61,355 nt of DNA, filler included, from Sphacelaria rigidula (GCA_964200075.2; 8 parts of 8 records of this genome joined end to end with filler, not necessarily neighbours in it); one strand, 5' to 3'; shown: positions 26,096 to 38,311, numbered from the whole stretch's first letter. Notes: generated by a model from the letters alone, not told the origin. A program made the numbers and translations.

Positions 26096-29000
26096 ATGCG
26101 ACGATAAAAGAGCTTAGCCTCTGGATGACGCTGGCTTGATCACTTTTATCAAAATACCTTATGAGACGCCTTTCCCAATCAGAGAGTAGTTGCGGACCTG
26201 TCTTCCCTTGGGAACGATCCGGATCCATTTCGGCGAGGAATCCGTCGAGCACCTGCGTCAAAGAAGCAGCGAGGTCGGGAGAGCGGCGGCTGATCGATCG
26301 GTGCATTGCTTTGTGCAAGGGGGTTTGCCAGCCCTCTACCCAGTCTGAGTCTTCGAAACGTTGTGTGCCAGTCACATCCGCCAAGTGAAGGATGTTACAA
26401 ACAGTGCGGCGGATTGACGTGATGAGGGCAGAAGTAAACTGGCCCGAATCTTCGTTATCCGCGGCAGGCATGGTTTTGATGTGCCAAAGTTTTTTCACAT
26501 CCATCTGAATATACTGTCTCTGTATTGCAGCTACTCGGGTAGACTCAGCTCGATCGGAACCTGCTTTTTTGCTAGCTTCTGAACGTTCTTTTTGACAGCC
26601 GCGGCGGTTGCTAAAGCGCGGGCTGCAGTAGAAGACAAAGGGCGGTCAGGTGTATCCATATCAGACAAACCTAAAATGCGGGCTGAAACATCAGCCAACT
26701 TAGGGACCACTTGCCTGGGGGTCTCCGAGCCCGAGTTGGAAAGAGCTGCACCGGACCGGTTCCAGGCCGATGCGGAGGAGCCAGATGAATTGCCGCCGGT
26801 GTGCTTGCCTTTCGGCTTGCGGGGCGGGCGGTGTGATCCGGGGCCGCCCGAAGAGGATCCTCCACCACCATGGCGGCGGCGTGTATTCCCTCCATCATTG
26901 TTATCGTCGTCGCGGCGGTGATTTTTCTTGTGTGCGCGACAGGTGGATGTCGCGGGAGTCCACCCATTGTCATCTTCGTTCCCGTCCGTAGTGGCGCCGG
27001 GAGGAGAGTCAGAAGCAGCGCGCAGCGCCGTAAGAAGTTCCGAGACGTGTTCAACGTAGCGCTCGATGTCCGGACCATTGCCAATAGTCGCGAAAAGGAC
27101 CAATTGGCCCATGGTTATTCCCGACACACCTTCATCTGGGAAAAAACCACCTTGATCCACATAATCAGCAACGACGGCTAGCATGCGTTGAGAAACTGTG
27201 TTCCAAGCGTGGCGGGAACAGTGCAGGTGATTGTTGCGGTGAAAGGGGCCGGTGTAATCGGCCGCAGACCGCGAAAGCCATACTTGTTCGTGTGCGGCTA
27301 GTTGCAAGCGTGTGGTGCAAGCTGTGGCGGGGCTGGCAGTGACCGCCGGGCCAGGTGCACGGGACGACGTGGCGGCGGCGGCTGTTGCAGGCGCTTTGTC
27401 GGATTTGCGTGGAATGATGTAGTTCGACCTCGTGGGCTGATGAGGAGGTCGAGCTTGAAGCAAGTGGCCGGCAGAAGGCGGCGGGGAGGCTTGGTGATGG
27501 GTCACCCGTGACATCGACGATTCAGCTTCTTGCGTCGTGCGTCGAACATGCTCTTGTAGCTCGCGGACCCTCCTTTGTGCCGTCAAGGCGGCAGTCTCCC
27601 CTTCCTGCAATGCTCTGTGTGCTGCCGTCTTGGTGGCTTGGGCTATGGAAGCCTGTCGCTGAAAATCCTTCAGCTTGGCTGCATGTTCCTCCGAAAGGAG
27701 GCGGGCGGCAGCCTCGTCAGCACGGCGCTGCTGGGCGAGTAGACCGCGAGTTAGGGCCGGGGCTTCGCGGTCGTAGTCGCGGATGATCTGTTCTTGTTCC
27801 GCTCGGGGGCGGTCCTGGAACAGGCGCAAAATCAGCCCGGCGGGGCAATGTTCGACGCCGAGCGGAGGCAGATCCTCCACCGAAGGAGGCGAGCGCACGG
27901 AGACGTCCCCGACAGGGGCAGTGGTGGGGCCGCTGTCCGCATCAGTGTCTACTGAAAGACGGGCGGCAGCAGGAGTCGGGGTCGTGTCTGCAGTGGCTGC
28001 TGCAGCAGGCGCAGTGACCACGGTAGTGGCGGCTGCAGCGGTGGTGGGAGCGGCAATGGTTGTCTCCCTCGTAGGCTCAGTAGCAGCGGTAGCGCCCTTG
28101 GTATCCATTGTTGCTGATGCTAGGTGTCGTTGAAGATATGTCAAACGTTGTTGCAGAGAACGAATAAGCGCAGCATCGGACCGGGACGGTGGTTCGCGGT
28201 TAGTGCGTTGTCGTCGTTTGTGCGATGGGGTGCGGTCGGATCCTGCAAAGAAGGATTCCGGGGTCGGTGACATGTCCGGAAATATGTTTTGGATGTCGTC
28301 AGCATGGACCGTGTTATCATTGCGTACATAACGGTTGTGTGACAAAGGCTGAGCAGTAGAGATGCGCGAAGGTGCATGATCGGAGTTGTTCGAACGCGAG
28401 TTAACGCGCGAAGAACTTGATCTGGGCCGCAAGGCATCTTCGTGAGTACGGCCATGGTTAGCTATCACCGGGCGCTTTGTAGCGCGAGATGAATTGGAAG
28501 TAAGGCGTGAACTGCCTCCAGATTTGTGTCCATGAGCGATATTCTTCGGGCATGTGGAAGCGCGCGATGAATTCAAGCTTTGCTGGGAGTGATCCTTAGA
28601 ACTGCCAGAACGGGAGACATGGTCATGACCAAGCCTCGGTTTGCGGCGCCGGTCAGAAGCACGAGTATGGCTCTGTTGCGACGTTGAGGAAGGGCTGGAC
28701 ATATGTTCGTTGAATTTATCATGAGTGACGAACGGAGGACGCGATGTCGCCGAACGGGTCGGGAGGCGTACGAGTTTGGGCGTAGCAGGTGCAGAATCAT
28801 CATTGAATTGCACAGGGGCAGGCGCCGACTGGTCTTGGAGCGTGGCGTGGCAAAAAGCCGTAAATGCCTCGATGAGAGCTGGCGCTGGTGATGGCGATGA
28901 CATCGAGGAGGTGCGATGCAGAGTTTGCATTGCAGCATGCATGGCCGCAACTGCAGGTCCGACCTTGGGCTGTGCAGTAGGGTGCATGGGACTATCAAAA

Positions 29001-30629
29001 GTCGTGCGAAGGGGGTCCGTACCGGAAGCAGCCCGTGTGACAAAGTCTCTTGCACCAGAAGCGATGCGCTTCGTCGGGACAGAATCGTCTCGAGAGTTGT
29101 CAGCCGTCAAGCGACGGGGTGCCATGGTTGAAGCAACCGTGGCAGGACCGAGCTGGACACGTGTGTCCAGGGCAACGACTCGACTGAGGGCACAATCCTG
29201 ACTCCGGATTCCATATTGGGATTCGGGAGAGCAGGGGCCAGCGAGGGGTGTGCGACGGAATCCACCGTTATGGGATCACTAACATGCGGGTCAGGACCCA
29301 ATGACTCGGCCGGTTGCACTACCATCTCCTCTGAGTTCCGTTTGGAACGTGAGAGAACAGGTCTCGGCGTCGAAGTCTGGTCTTCAAGCCTTGAAGAACG
29401 AGCTTCGCTCGAGTGTTGGTCTTCAGATCCCGAAGAGCGAACAGCGCTCGCATACGTGCGGCGATGCGTTGAAGGTGGCGTGCCGCTCATCTAAAATGAT
29501 TTCAAACCGCTTGTAGTCTGACTTCGGATCCGGCGAAGCGATTGGTTTCCCAATTGAGGGGAGGAGTCAGCGATATTGTTGTGCGACATGATATTAGTAC
29601 GCAACCTTCATTTCAAAAAGGCAGGTGCAGTATGTCTGGTCTGTGAGCTCTAATTAAAGTCGGACTTATATCCGGAATTACTGGAAACCTAATAGTTCCT
29701 GGGGCGTGACAAACGAGCTGCTACGTGTGAAAGTCGGAGCTTATATCCGGAATTACTGGAAACCTAATAGTTCCTGGGGGGACCGTGGGACCCGATGTGC
29801 TTGAGTAATTTTTTCAAGTGAATTGATGTATGTGTTAACTATGTCCGGGGTCTGGTCAGTACAACTTGATTAAGGTTGTGGCGGTTAGGGCTTTCAACGG
29901 AGCTCGGAATGGTGCACAGAACGGACGTATGTCGTCGAAGAAAACAACGAAGACCCGATTGTCTGCAGCAATTTTGGTACGTGGAAATCGGAAAACCTAC
30001 ACGTGTTCCGGGTGTGCGTGACAGGCAGACTACAACTGTACTATCGCGGGGCAGGCTGAGGAGCAACTGGCGGTGTGCAACTGAAATTTTTCGCTTTCAG
30101 AGGCGCACGAAAGTTGCACAGTGCGATGCAGCACAAAAGCTTTTACAAAGCTTGGGTATGGAGCCGCGAAATCTGGCTGCGTAGTGCACAGGCAAAGGGG
30201 CACTGATTTCAGGTGCTGCGTGGTCAAGTGAGCACGTAACGGAGGTTGAAATTTTCAACTAGTAGTATTCCCACGAAACAACAAATTTGTTCGTTCGCAG
30301 AGGGGTCAAAGGGGGAAAGACTTACAGTACGTGACGCCAGGTGTTGTTACTCACGGTGATGTAACGCGTTCGTTGCGGTACGGTTGTACGAAGTACACAA
30401 GGGGACAACAAGAACAAAGTAAGCACCAGCAAAGAAGCTAAAGCTACAACAACAAGAAGGCAGCTACAAGCAACTAAGGTAAAGGGCCGGAACAAATCCA
30501 AGTTCGTGTACAGATGTCCGTTATCACACTGTGTGAGCACGGGTTGTACTTGTTCAGTAATTTCGTGAAGAAAAGATACAACAGTCGCGTGCAATCGATA
30601 CGGAAAAAGAAGAGCAGCAGCGTGCCGGC
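26096..30629 (-). mobile_element. 5' part of the same LTR retrotransposon family, copy B (LTR 30342-30629, PBS-like TGGCGTCACGTAC 30327-30339)
   Basis: Minus strand reads ...GTAACAACA CC TGGCGTCACGTAC, then a leader and a long ORF. Confidence 0.7.
26531..29125 (-). CDS. Long gag-like ORF (S/R/P/A-rich N-terminus, predicted coiled coil), continued by frameshifted pieces 29107-29490 and 26096-26504
   Basis: 864-aa stop-free ORF downstream of LTR/PBS. Gag is assigned from position only; no diagnostic motif was recognised. Confidence 0.55.
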   Translation of the reverse strand: MAPRRLTADNSRDDSVPTKRIASGARDFVTRAASGTDPLRTTFDSPMHPTAQPKVGPAVAAMHAAMQTLHRTSSMSSPSPAPALIEAFTAFCHATLQDQSAPAPVQFNDDSAPATPKLVRLPTRSATSRPPFVTHDKFNEHMSSPSSTSQQSHTRASDRRRKPRLGHDHVSRSGSSKDHSQQSLNSSRASTCPKNIAHGHKSGGSSRLTSNSSRATKRPVIANHGRTHEDALRPRSSSSRVNSRSNNSDHAPSRISTAQPLSHNRYVRNDNTVHADDIQNIFPDMSPTPESFFAGSDRTPSHKRRQRTNREPPSRSDAALIRSLQQRLTYLQRHLASATMDTKGATAATEPTRETTIAAPTTAAAATTVVTAPAAAATADTTPTPAAARLSVDTDADSGPTTAPVGDVSVRSPPSVEDLPPLGVEHCPAGLILRLFQDRPRAEQEQIIRDYDREAPALTRGLLAQQRRADEAAARLLSEEHAAKLKDFQRQASIAQATKTAAHRALQEGETAALTAQRRVRELQEHVRRTTQEAESSMSRVTHHQASPPPSAGHLLQARPPHQPTRSNYIIPRKSDKAPATAAAATSSRAPGPAVTASPATACTTRLQLAAHEQVWLSRSAADYTGPFHRNNHLHCSRHAWNTVSQRMLAVVADYVDQGGFFPDEGVSGITMGQLVLFATIGNGPDIERYVEHVSELLTALRAASDSPPGATTDGNEDDNGWTPATSTCRAHKKNHRRDDDNNDGGNTRRRHGGGGSSSGGPGSHRPPRKPKGKHTGGNSSGSSASAWNRSGAALSNSGSETPRQVVPKLADVSARILGLSDMDTPDRPLSSTAARALATAAAVKKNVQKLAKKQVPIELSLPE

Positions 30630-30729
30630 NNNNNNNNNNNNNNNNNNNNNNNNNNNNNNNNNNNNNNNNNNNNTTAATTAATTAANNNNNNNNNNNNNNN
30701 NNNNNNNNNNNNNNNNNNNNNNNNNNNNN
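30630..30729. other. Artificial contig linker
   Basis: N44-TTAATTAATTAA-N44. Confidence 0.98.
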
Positions 30730-30809
30730 CCTAATAGAGACACCTTCAACATTCTGGCGCTCATTACGTTTCTTCCGCAGCTCATTACGTTTCTTCGTCC
30801 ACTGAACTG

Positions 30810-30949
30810 CTGATATATTGTACCTCTTCCTTCTTTCTGGCATGTCCAGATCCCCCATCCGATATCGCAGTTTCAGTTTTTTCGCCGAGCCCATTGGGTC
30901 ATACAGATATGTTTTTCATCCCTATTCCCTCTCTCAACCCCCTGTATAT
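30810..30949 (-). pseudogene. LINE ORF2 C-terminal fragment (continuation of 32995-34530)
   Basis: IYRGLREGIGMK...MGSAKKLKLRYRMGDLDMPERRKRY. Joins to ...EEKTPKI at 32995 via a shared ATAT. Confidence 0.65.
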
Positions 30950-32994
30950 TTTGCAATACCAGTACAATCTGCCGCGGTAGATGCCAGTATTGTCGCCGGT
31001 AATGGCTATCGATCGACAAGTTTCTCTTTCAATTGTCATCGGCAACATCGGTCGATAGACCCCTTTCCCACACTATTGCCCGAGCAGCAGTCTAAAGTGG
31101 CCCTACACCAAAAACTGCTTCCGCCGACCGAATACATCGATCGATCACTTTCTAAATCTGTTGATGACAACGGCTATCGATAGGCTGCACCAAATCTATT
31201 GATGACGGCAATCGTTGTTGATAGATCGCGTAGGAAGTCTGTTGATGTCGCCCATGACTATCGATAGATACGTACCAGAATCTGCTGTGGTATACAGTTC
31301 CTACAGGTCGATACTGTCGTCTATTACCACACCGGCATTGCAATATATTACGCATACAGCATATTATAATCTGTTGAAGTACGGTAGAGAGGCCGCAGGT
31401 GAACATGTAGTGGGCATTTGATGATATTACTTGTGAAAATGTGATGCCACGATTCTGCGAATTCAGCAGGATTGTGTGATTGCAGGAATCCGCAATACGT
31501 ATGTGTGGACAAAAGTTCACGAGTTTTGTTGTTGGTGTGATGTTGGTACTTAGAGTTCTCCCTCTGATGGACAAGATCGCTCATAGTACTTTCGTGCGTG
31601 GGTGAGTGTTCATACACAAAATTCGACTTAACGGTCGGCGAGGGGAAGAGACCGCTAAACCCTTCTCGCGATAAAAAATAATCGCGAGCCCCGCAGAGGG
31701 AAGGTGCGGTACTGAAAACAAATAAAATAAAAAAGCTCCTGGGTTGACCTTCCTCCTGTGTTACCCTGGCTGGTGCGCCCACATATACCTAAAGGTGTAG
31801 ACCGACGCTCAGAATAGATGGGACGACAGCACCCTGGACAATAGACTGTAATAAACCTTTACCGCTGTAATAGCCTTGAAAAATTGACTGTCAATGTTCA
31901 TTGTCAGCCATTATCGACCGGTACCAGTCTATCGAGAGCTACTGTAGGCGACAATAGATTCGGGACAAGGGACAGAATGTATCTCTGCATTGACAATGGA
32001 GTGGCCACGTCGTCTATCCATACATACATGCTTTTCGTTGCAATAGGCTCTGAATTGCGGCTACGAACTTCTGTCGCTAATCACAGGAGGATCTGCAATG
32101 CGGTCACCATACATGTTGCTGGTCACGAAAGGATCTAAATTGCGCCCACCGATGTCTATTCCTTGTCACAGTAGAATCTGGATCGCGGCTGTCAATGTCC
32201 ATCGCTGGTCGCGAATGTGATCTGAATCGCGGCTACCAATATCTATTGCTAGCCGCAATAGGTCCTAGCAGCTGAATGGCATCGATCACTACCAATGTAA
32301 GCGCATTTTCCGGTGGATGATGCCACCTTATTCCACAGAAGCTATGGCCAGCTATCACCTCAAGTAGGTCCGTTTTCATGTGTGAGCCGCAAGACCACTG
32401 TAGTAAGCAATACATTTATCAAAATTCATCGTTGGCGTCACTGGCTATCCATACATGCTCCTTATAGCAATCGATTGTTGACGACAATGGCTACGAGTAT
32501 TGATTGATGGGCCAAAATCGGTCGTTGGTGGTAAAGGTTATCGATAGACTGTTCCCCAAATCTATTGATGATGGCGAAGGCTACCGACAGACGGCTCACA
32601 AAATCTTTTGATGGCGGCAACGGCTATCGGTGGGAGGCTCACATCAAATCTATTGACGGCGGCAATGACTATCGATAGATAACTCACCAAATATCGTGAC
32701 GGCAATTACCATCAATAGATTGCTCACTAAATCTATTGATTACGGCCGTGGCTATCGATGAATATATCCCATAATCTTTTGCGATATACGATGTCCATCG
32801 ATTGTCAGTGATCTTAAGCTGTTGTATTTGCCATAGACTACTCATCGACTCTTGCAACGTCTGTTGTTCCCTGCAATACATATCAATAGGTGCGTTTCAC
32901 CATCTATTGTGTTCGACAATGTATATCGATAGGTTTCCCCCCGCGTCTATGACTGAAGAAATTGAATGCAATTGCGTCCATTATTCAGAGTGTG
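30950..32994. mobile_element. ~2-kb insertion in the LINE carrying degenerate ~40-bp tandem repeats (core CTATCGATAG / AAATCTATTGAT)
   Basis: Repeat clusters at ~31000-31270 and ~32500-32800. ATAT at both junctions. Class undetermined. Confidence 0.55.
31540..31832 (+). mobile_element. SINE copy (decayed head)
   Basis: Matches the reverse complement of 37590-37820, including the tail AATAGATGGGACGACA. Confidence 0.75.
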
Positions 32995-34530
32995 ATATCT
33001 TCGGGGTTTTTTCCTCGTCGAATTTCCGTTTTAGCGCTTCTTTTCCCCTTTTTCCATCATGTCCCTTGCTTTCGTCTTGTTCCCGCCACATTCACCTATG
33101 TTTTTCTCGTCTTGGTTTCTTCCTGTGCCCTTTCATACTTTCTCGACTACGTTATCCCACGTTATTCCACCCTGCTCGTTCGTCACTTGCTTCCAAACGG
33201 CCTTATCAACTATGGCAGGCAATCTTTTTCTTGGCATGCTCTTCACGCTATATCGCCATTTCTTCTTTCTCATGTCTCTGTTTGTTGTAGGTGCTCGTCG
33301 TTTTCGAACATCCAATTTGTTTTTTGGTTGCTGTCATCTGTACTATTTCCAGCTTCTTCACCAACTTCACGTTCCCCTCCCATACTTCTCCAGCATATTC
33401 CAGCTTTGGTTCAATCACATTCATCAGAAAACATATTTTTGCCCTATTATCTAGGTGCGAGTCTTCGAGGGTCACGTCCATCCCGCCAACCTGTGCCTTA
33501 CCCTTTTCTAGTAGTATATTTATGTGTGCATCCCAAGAATTTTGTTTGACATCTCTACGCCAAGGTATGTATACTGGTCTACCATCGGCAACTCCTGTTC
33601 TCGCCCCCTCCATTTGAACTTTCCCAGGTTTTCCTTTTCTTCGTTACGTTCGAGTCCCGTAATTTGTTTGCATTCGCTGTCACTCTCTATTTCCTAGTGT
33701 GTTCTAGCGCCTTCTTTATTTGCTTCTGCAATCCATCGGCGAACACCAATGCCGTGCTGTATCTTCGCCCACCTTGACTCCTTGCTTTGCTGCTTCCACT
33801 GCTATTATCATATCCTCGATGGATATTGTGAACAGAGTCGGTGATAACGTACATCCTTGTGCAACTCCTTGTAGACTATCACAATATTTTGATATTTCTC
33901 CGTCTACTTCTCGCACATTCTGCCATATTCACCATTCTCCACATCTTCCCTCTAATGCCGGTTTCCCACATCTTCTTCCACAGCCTATTCCTCCATATCG
34001 TGGCATAGGCCGTTTGTACGTCCATCCAGAAACAGTCCCTTGTTGGTCCGGCGTTTCTCCAACCTTGAGTAATCTTTACTTCGTGCGTACACATGGTCTA
34101 CGCAGCTACGGTTTGACCTAAAACCTGCTTGCCACTCGCTGATATTATTTCCCTTCTCCAGAATCGTTCCCACTCCATCGTTCAGAATGTTACGGAATGT
34201 TTTCGCTACGGTGCTCAATAGCGTTATCCCTCAATCATTCCCTGAGTCAGCCTTGTCTCTTTTCTTGAGAAGGTTTACTTCTACTCCTTCTCTGCACCTT
34301 TCGGGTGTGTCCTTGTTTCCCCATATCCTATTATACAACAGGACTATCATGGTAATCATTCCCTCTCTCCCGTACTTTGGAAATTCGTTCACCGTTTCAT
34401 CTGTCCCTACCGCCTTTCTGTTCTTGAGTTTAGCTACACACTCCGTTGCTCCTTCTCTTGTGAACTGTCTCTGCAATTCCTTTGAGCCACTATCTTCCCG
34501 TCTTCATCCCTCCACATTCGCCTCTTGTCT
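32995..34530 (-). pseudogene. Non-LTR retrotransposon (LINE) reverse transcriptase, degenerate
   Basis: KLKNRKAVGTD, KKRDKADSGND*GITLLSTVAK, QAGFRSNRSCVDH, MDVQTAYATIWR, GVAQGCTLSPTLF, VIEPKLEYAGEVW. Multiple frameshifts. Confidence 0.92.
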
Positions 34531-35919
34531 CTGGAGGAAGAAAAAAAACGAACGAACAAAACAGAGTCAAAGAAAACAAAACGACCAACCTCTACAGCAT
34601 GGCTTCAGGTGGGCAAAGATCTTGCGCAGAAACACATGCACTCGTACCCGAACGAAAACAAAAAATACGTGAAAATAGATTGCGGCTGATCTCTTTCGGC
34701 CACACTAATATGGGTGCACGTTTTTAGAACTCCAACTTGACGTCGCCAACGACCTGCACCTGAGAGACTGGACCTCCGAAGCTGGAACCTTCTGGCTAGG
34801 CTGTCACCCGTATGCACTTGGGTCGTACAACAACGGCAGCCCCTGCACGATTTGGCGACTGAAGAAGCAGCAACATGCACCGCATCCCCCGTCCCCGCCA
34901 TTTATCTCGTTTTTTGTACAAAGCGTGACACTAGATGTATCGTACTGTGATGATGTGTTTGATCCAGGTCACAGGATAGACACATTGGATTCGATCCCCA
35001 TCACTTGGAGGTTGCAGAAAAGGAGGGGCGAAGGCTCTCCTATCAAAGCAGCCACCGCCCCTTTTCGTCCACCAGTGCCTCCTCACCCTACCCCCCGAAC
35101 GCTCAGCTGACATTGAACAACATATCAATGTGGCCATTTTTCTCAGATGGCAGGGCGTTTTCTACCTCCTAGAGTTGGCGTGAATCATGAACTCTAATAA
35201 ATAAAATAAATCCCGAATGAAGGTTGACGCCCTCACTCCGGGAACAGTATGGAATCATGCTACGAGAGGGGCGGGGTATTTTAGGCCGTTATCTTCCACG
35301 AAGCTCTACTTAAAATCGTTGTTCATAACAGCAACGGTTGTTCGAAAGCGCTTGCTTCTGGTAAATAGTCCTCATTCATAGTGTTCGACACCACTTTTAC
35401 CCAAATACAAGCGCCGTGCGAGTGTGTTCGGTCGTCTGAAGCATCTATGAGCCTGTCTTTTCGAGAAATCGAACACTACCCACTTTCGTAGCATAACTCT
35501 GTGCCGTGTCAGGTTCGTCGATCCGACAGCATCCGACGAAGGTATGGCAGTCTCGTCAGTATTAGATATTCAACAAAATCTGTTTTGTTTTTTTGTGACT
35601 TCTCACCATAAACATTTGAAGGAAGCGCAAACTTGGACGTCCGGCGAAGGCACCTCCGTCTTTTATTATTTCTCTCAATAAAATGTTTGAAGGAAGTATA
35701 AACTATGGCCGGTTTTCGTACGATTGAAAGTTTAGACACGTTGTATTGCTATTACAGGTAAGGTCGTCAACGTTCGTTCAGCGTCCGTTGAGGTGATAGT
35801 CCATCGTTCAAGTCGAAACTGCAGAAAACTAGCATACATGTCTGGTGCTCGACCTGAAAAAGAGGTCACCAGTTCGTTTTCACGAGTCTACTTTAATTGA
35901 ATGTTTCACAATTAGGACA

Positions 35920-37445
35920 GCGCATGAGCTAGCTCATCTGCGGGCGGTAGCTCACTTGTAGTCAAACATGTACATGCGAGCTACGTACGATAGCTCAACA
36001 CAAGGTAAACGTGCGGTGATGAGCTACGAGTTGGTAGCTCACCCAGGACAAACATGCGTGGCTCATGCAGCTCTCATAGCTCATCCAGGGCGAATTTGAG
36101 CTGATGAGCTACGGGTTGGTGGTTCACCCAGGGCAAACATGCGTAGCTCATGCAGCTCTCATAGCTCGCCCACGACGAATATGAGCTGATGAGCTACGGG
36201 TTGGTAGCTCACCCATCGCAAATGTGCGTAGCTCATACAGCTCCCATAGCTCACTCAGGGCGAATATGAGCTGATGAGATACGGGTTGATAGCTCACTCA
36301 GGGCAAACATGTGCAGCTCATGTAGCTCTCACAGCTCACCCAGGGAAAACATATGCGGATGTGCTACGCTCGATAGCTCATCCAAGGCAAGCATGTGTAG
36401 CTCACGCAGCTCTTGTAGCTTACCCGGGGAAAACATGAGCGGATGAGCTACACCCGGTAGCTCACCCCAGGGACACATGGTCGTGGCTCACTCACGTCAT
36501 ATGCCTAGCTCGCCGCTGGCCAACCCCGTGCCGCTTATGATGCAACATTCTTGTTCAAACGGTTCGAAATATGGCGCTACAGATCATTAGGTTGTGATGC
36601 TTTGCCTCACTCTTTGCGATAGGAAGAAAGAAGCCAACACATATCCTCGTTCGCATGGTCGTATGGTGAAAACAAATATTGATATTCAGTGTCTACAATA
36701 ATCGACCGATTCATTTCGTTTGATCGATTGGCCGTGGGGGTACGAGTCCATCTGGTCATGCATACGTTTTTCAAGTGAAATTGGAGCCGATTCAACATAT
36801 TTCGTATGCTCGCCGTCAAGAGGTTAGCCCTTTGACCGCGAGGGTAGGCAATCTGATAAATAAGCATAATTCACATTATTTTTCGGGTGTGAATAATACC
36901 GATTCAGAGACCTCCTACCCTCGCGGTCAAAGGGATAAGCAATCGTACCTCTCATACCTCTCATAGCTCATCCAGGGCAAACATCTCTAGCTCATGCATT
37001 TGTCATGGCTCATCCAGGGCAAACATCTCTAGCTCATGCATCTCTCATAGCTCATCCAGGGCAAATATCTCTAGCTCATGCAGCTCTCATAGCTCACCCA
37101 GGGCGAATATGAGCTGATAAGCTACGGGTTGGAAGCTGACGTACGGTAAACATGCGTAGCTCATACAGCTCTCATAACTCACCCAGGGCGAATATGAGCT
37201 GATGAGCTACGGGTTGGTCGCTCACCTATCGCAAACGTGCGTAGCACATACAGCTCCCATAGCTCACCCAGGACGAATATGAGCTGATGAGCTACGGGTT
37301 GATAGCTCACCTATCGCAAGCGTGCGTAGCACATACAGCTCCCATAGCTCGCCTCAGGAAAAACATGCGTAGCTCATGTAGCTCGCATAGCTCACCAGGG
37401 AGCTACGCTCAAAAAGAACTAGCTCGAGCTATAGGCAGCTCATTT
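35920..37445 (+). repeat. AGCT-rich minisatellite (~40-bp monomers, ~83-bp dimers) in two blocks, 35920-36490 and 36960-37445
   Basis: Alternating units AGCTCACCCAGGGCAAACATGCGTAGCTCATGCAGCTCTCAT and AGCTCACCCAGGGCGAATATGAGCTGATGAGCTACGGGTTGGT. Confidence 0.9.
36828..36934. mobile_element. piggyBac-type MITE (107 bp)
   Basis: Perfect 21-bp TIR CCCTTTGACCGCGAGGGTAGG. Flanks TTAG and ATAA each differ from TTAA by one base. Confidence 0.8.
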
Positions 37446-37589
37446 GTCCGACGTGTGGAATGTTTCAAACGTGATTTGATCCGTTTGTTTGCTTGTGGAA
37501 TGGCTCACCCTAGTTTTTGCCGTATACATGAAGCGGGTGTGCTTTCCGTTACGCAGACAAAAAGCTCACGGACCATGAGGGGCACTCAA

Positions 37590-37940
37590 TGTGTGTGTTG
37601 TCGTCCCATCTATTCTGGACGCCGGTCTACACCTTTCGGTATATGAGGGCGCACCAGCCGGGATCACACAGGAGCAAGGCCAACACAGGATTTTTATATT
37701 TTTTGTTTTGTATCAGTACCCCACCTTCCTCCTGCGGTGCTTGCCTTTTATTTTTGTATCGCGAGGGGGGCTAGACAGTCCCTTCCCTCGTTGACCGTGA
37801 AATCGTATTTTGTGTACCCACGACGTGGTCGCTCTCCACTGTTGGGCATGAGAAAAACCCAGATCACTTCGCGATTCGAACCCACGATTCAACCGCAAAA
37901 AGGTTTCGAGGTTACCAACTGAGCCACTGGGGTGACAGGC
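37590..37940 (-). mobile_element. tRNA-derived SINE, apparently full length
   Basis: Minus-strand head with A box TGGCTCAGTTGG (37915-37926) and B box GGTTCGAATC (37873-37882), a body and a CA-repeat tail. Other copies at 31540-31832 and 38530-38655. Confidence 0.8.
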
Positions 37941-38311
37941 TACTGAATACAGCCGCACAATGGAGATGTCGTTGATGGGAATTCGGGGCACATACTTTTT
38001 GTGTGAGATCCTCTCCTTGCAAAGGGTGTATACCGTGTCGCGGTACTTGTTGTGGGATATAGAACAAGGGTGCCTCTCTCACAAACACGATACCAATACA
38101 GGACTCACAACTTGACTCGGCAATCGCCGCCGAATATTGGTGAGATGACAATATCTGAGATGCCACCGAATATTTTTACCAAAAGATCACGGAATACGAA
38201 AGTACTCCGTGTGATCGTGAGCCATCGTCTGTTCGGTAGGGTATAGAGCTATATGGTTCGAGCACCCAATGCTCAACCAAAAACGTAGAAGGCAATCTCG
38301 CACAGCGTCCG

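Noticed and set aside
23226-30629. DIRS-type element with inverted terminal repeats
   Set aside because: The inverted arms include ~1.7 kb of ORF and each has LTR-end/PBS-like features. No RT or tyrosine recombinase lies between them.
35920-37445. CRISPR-like appearance of the regular repeats (also 42780-43260 and 32500-32800)
   Set aside because: Units are contiguous and degenerate with no unique spacers, there are no cas genes, and the context is eukaryotic.
37860-37940. Second tRNA gene
   Set aside because: Has A/B boxes but no convincing acceptor or anticodon stems, and is attached to a repeated body: a SINE head.
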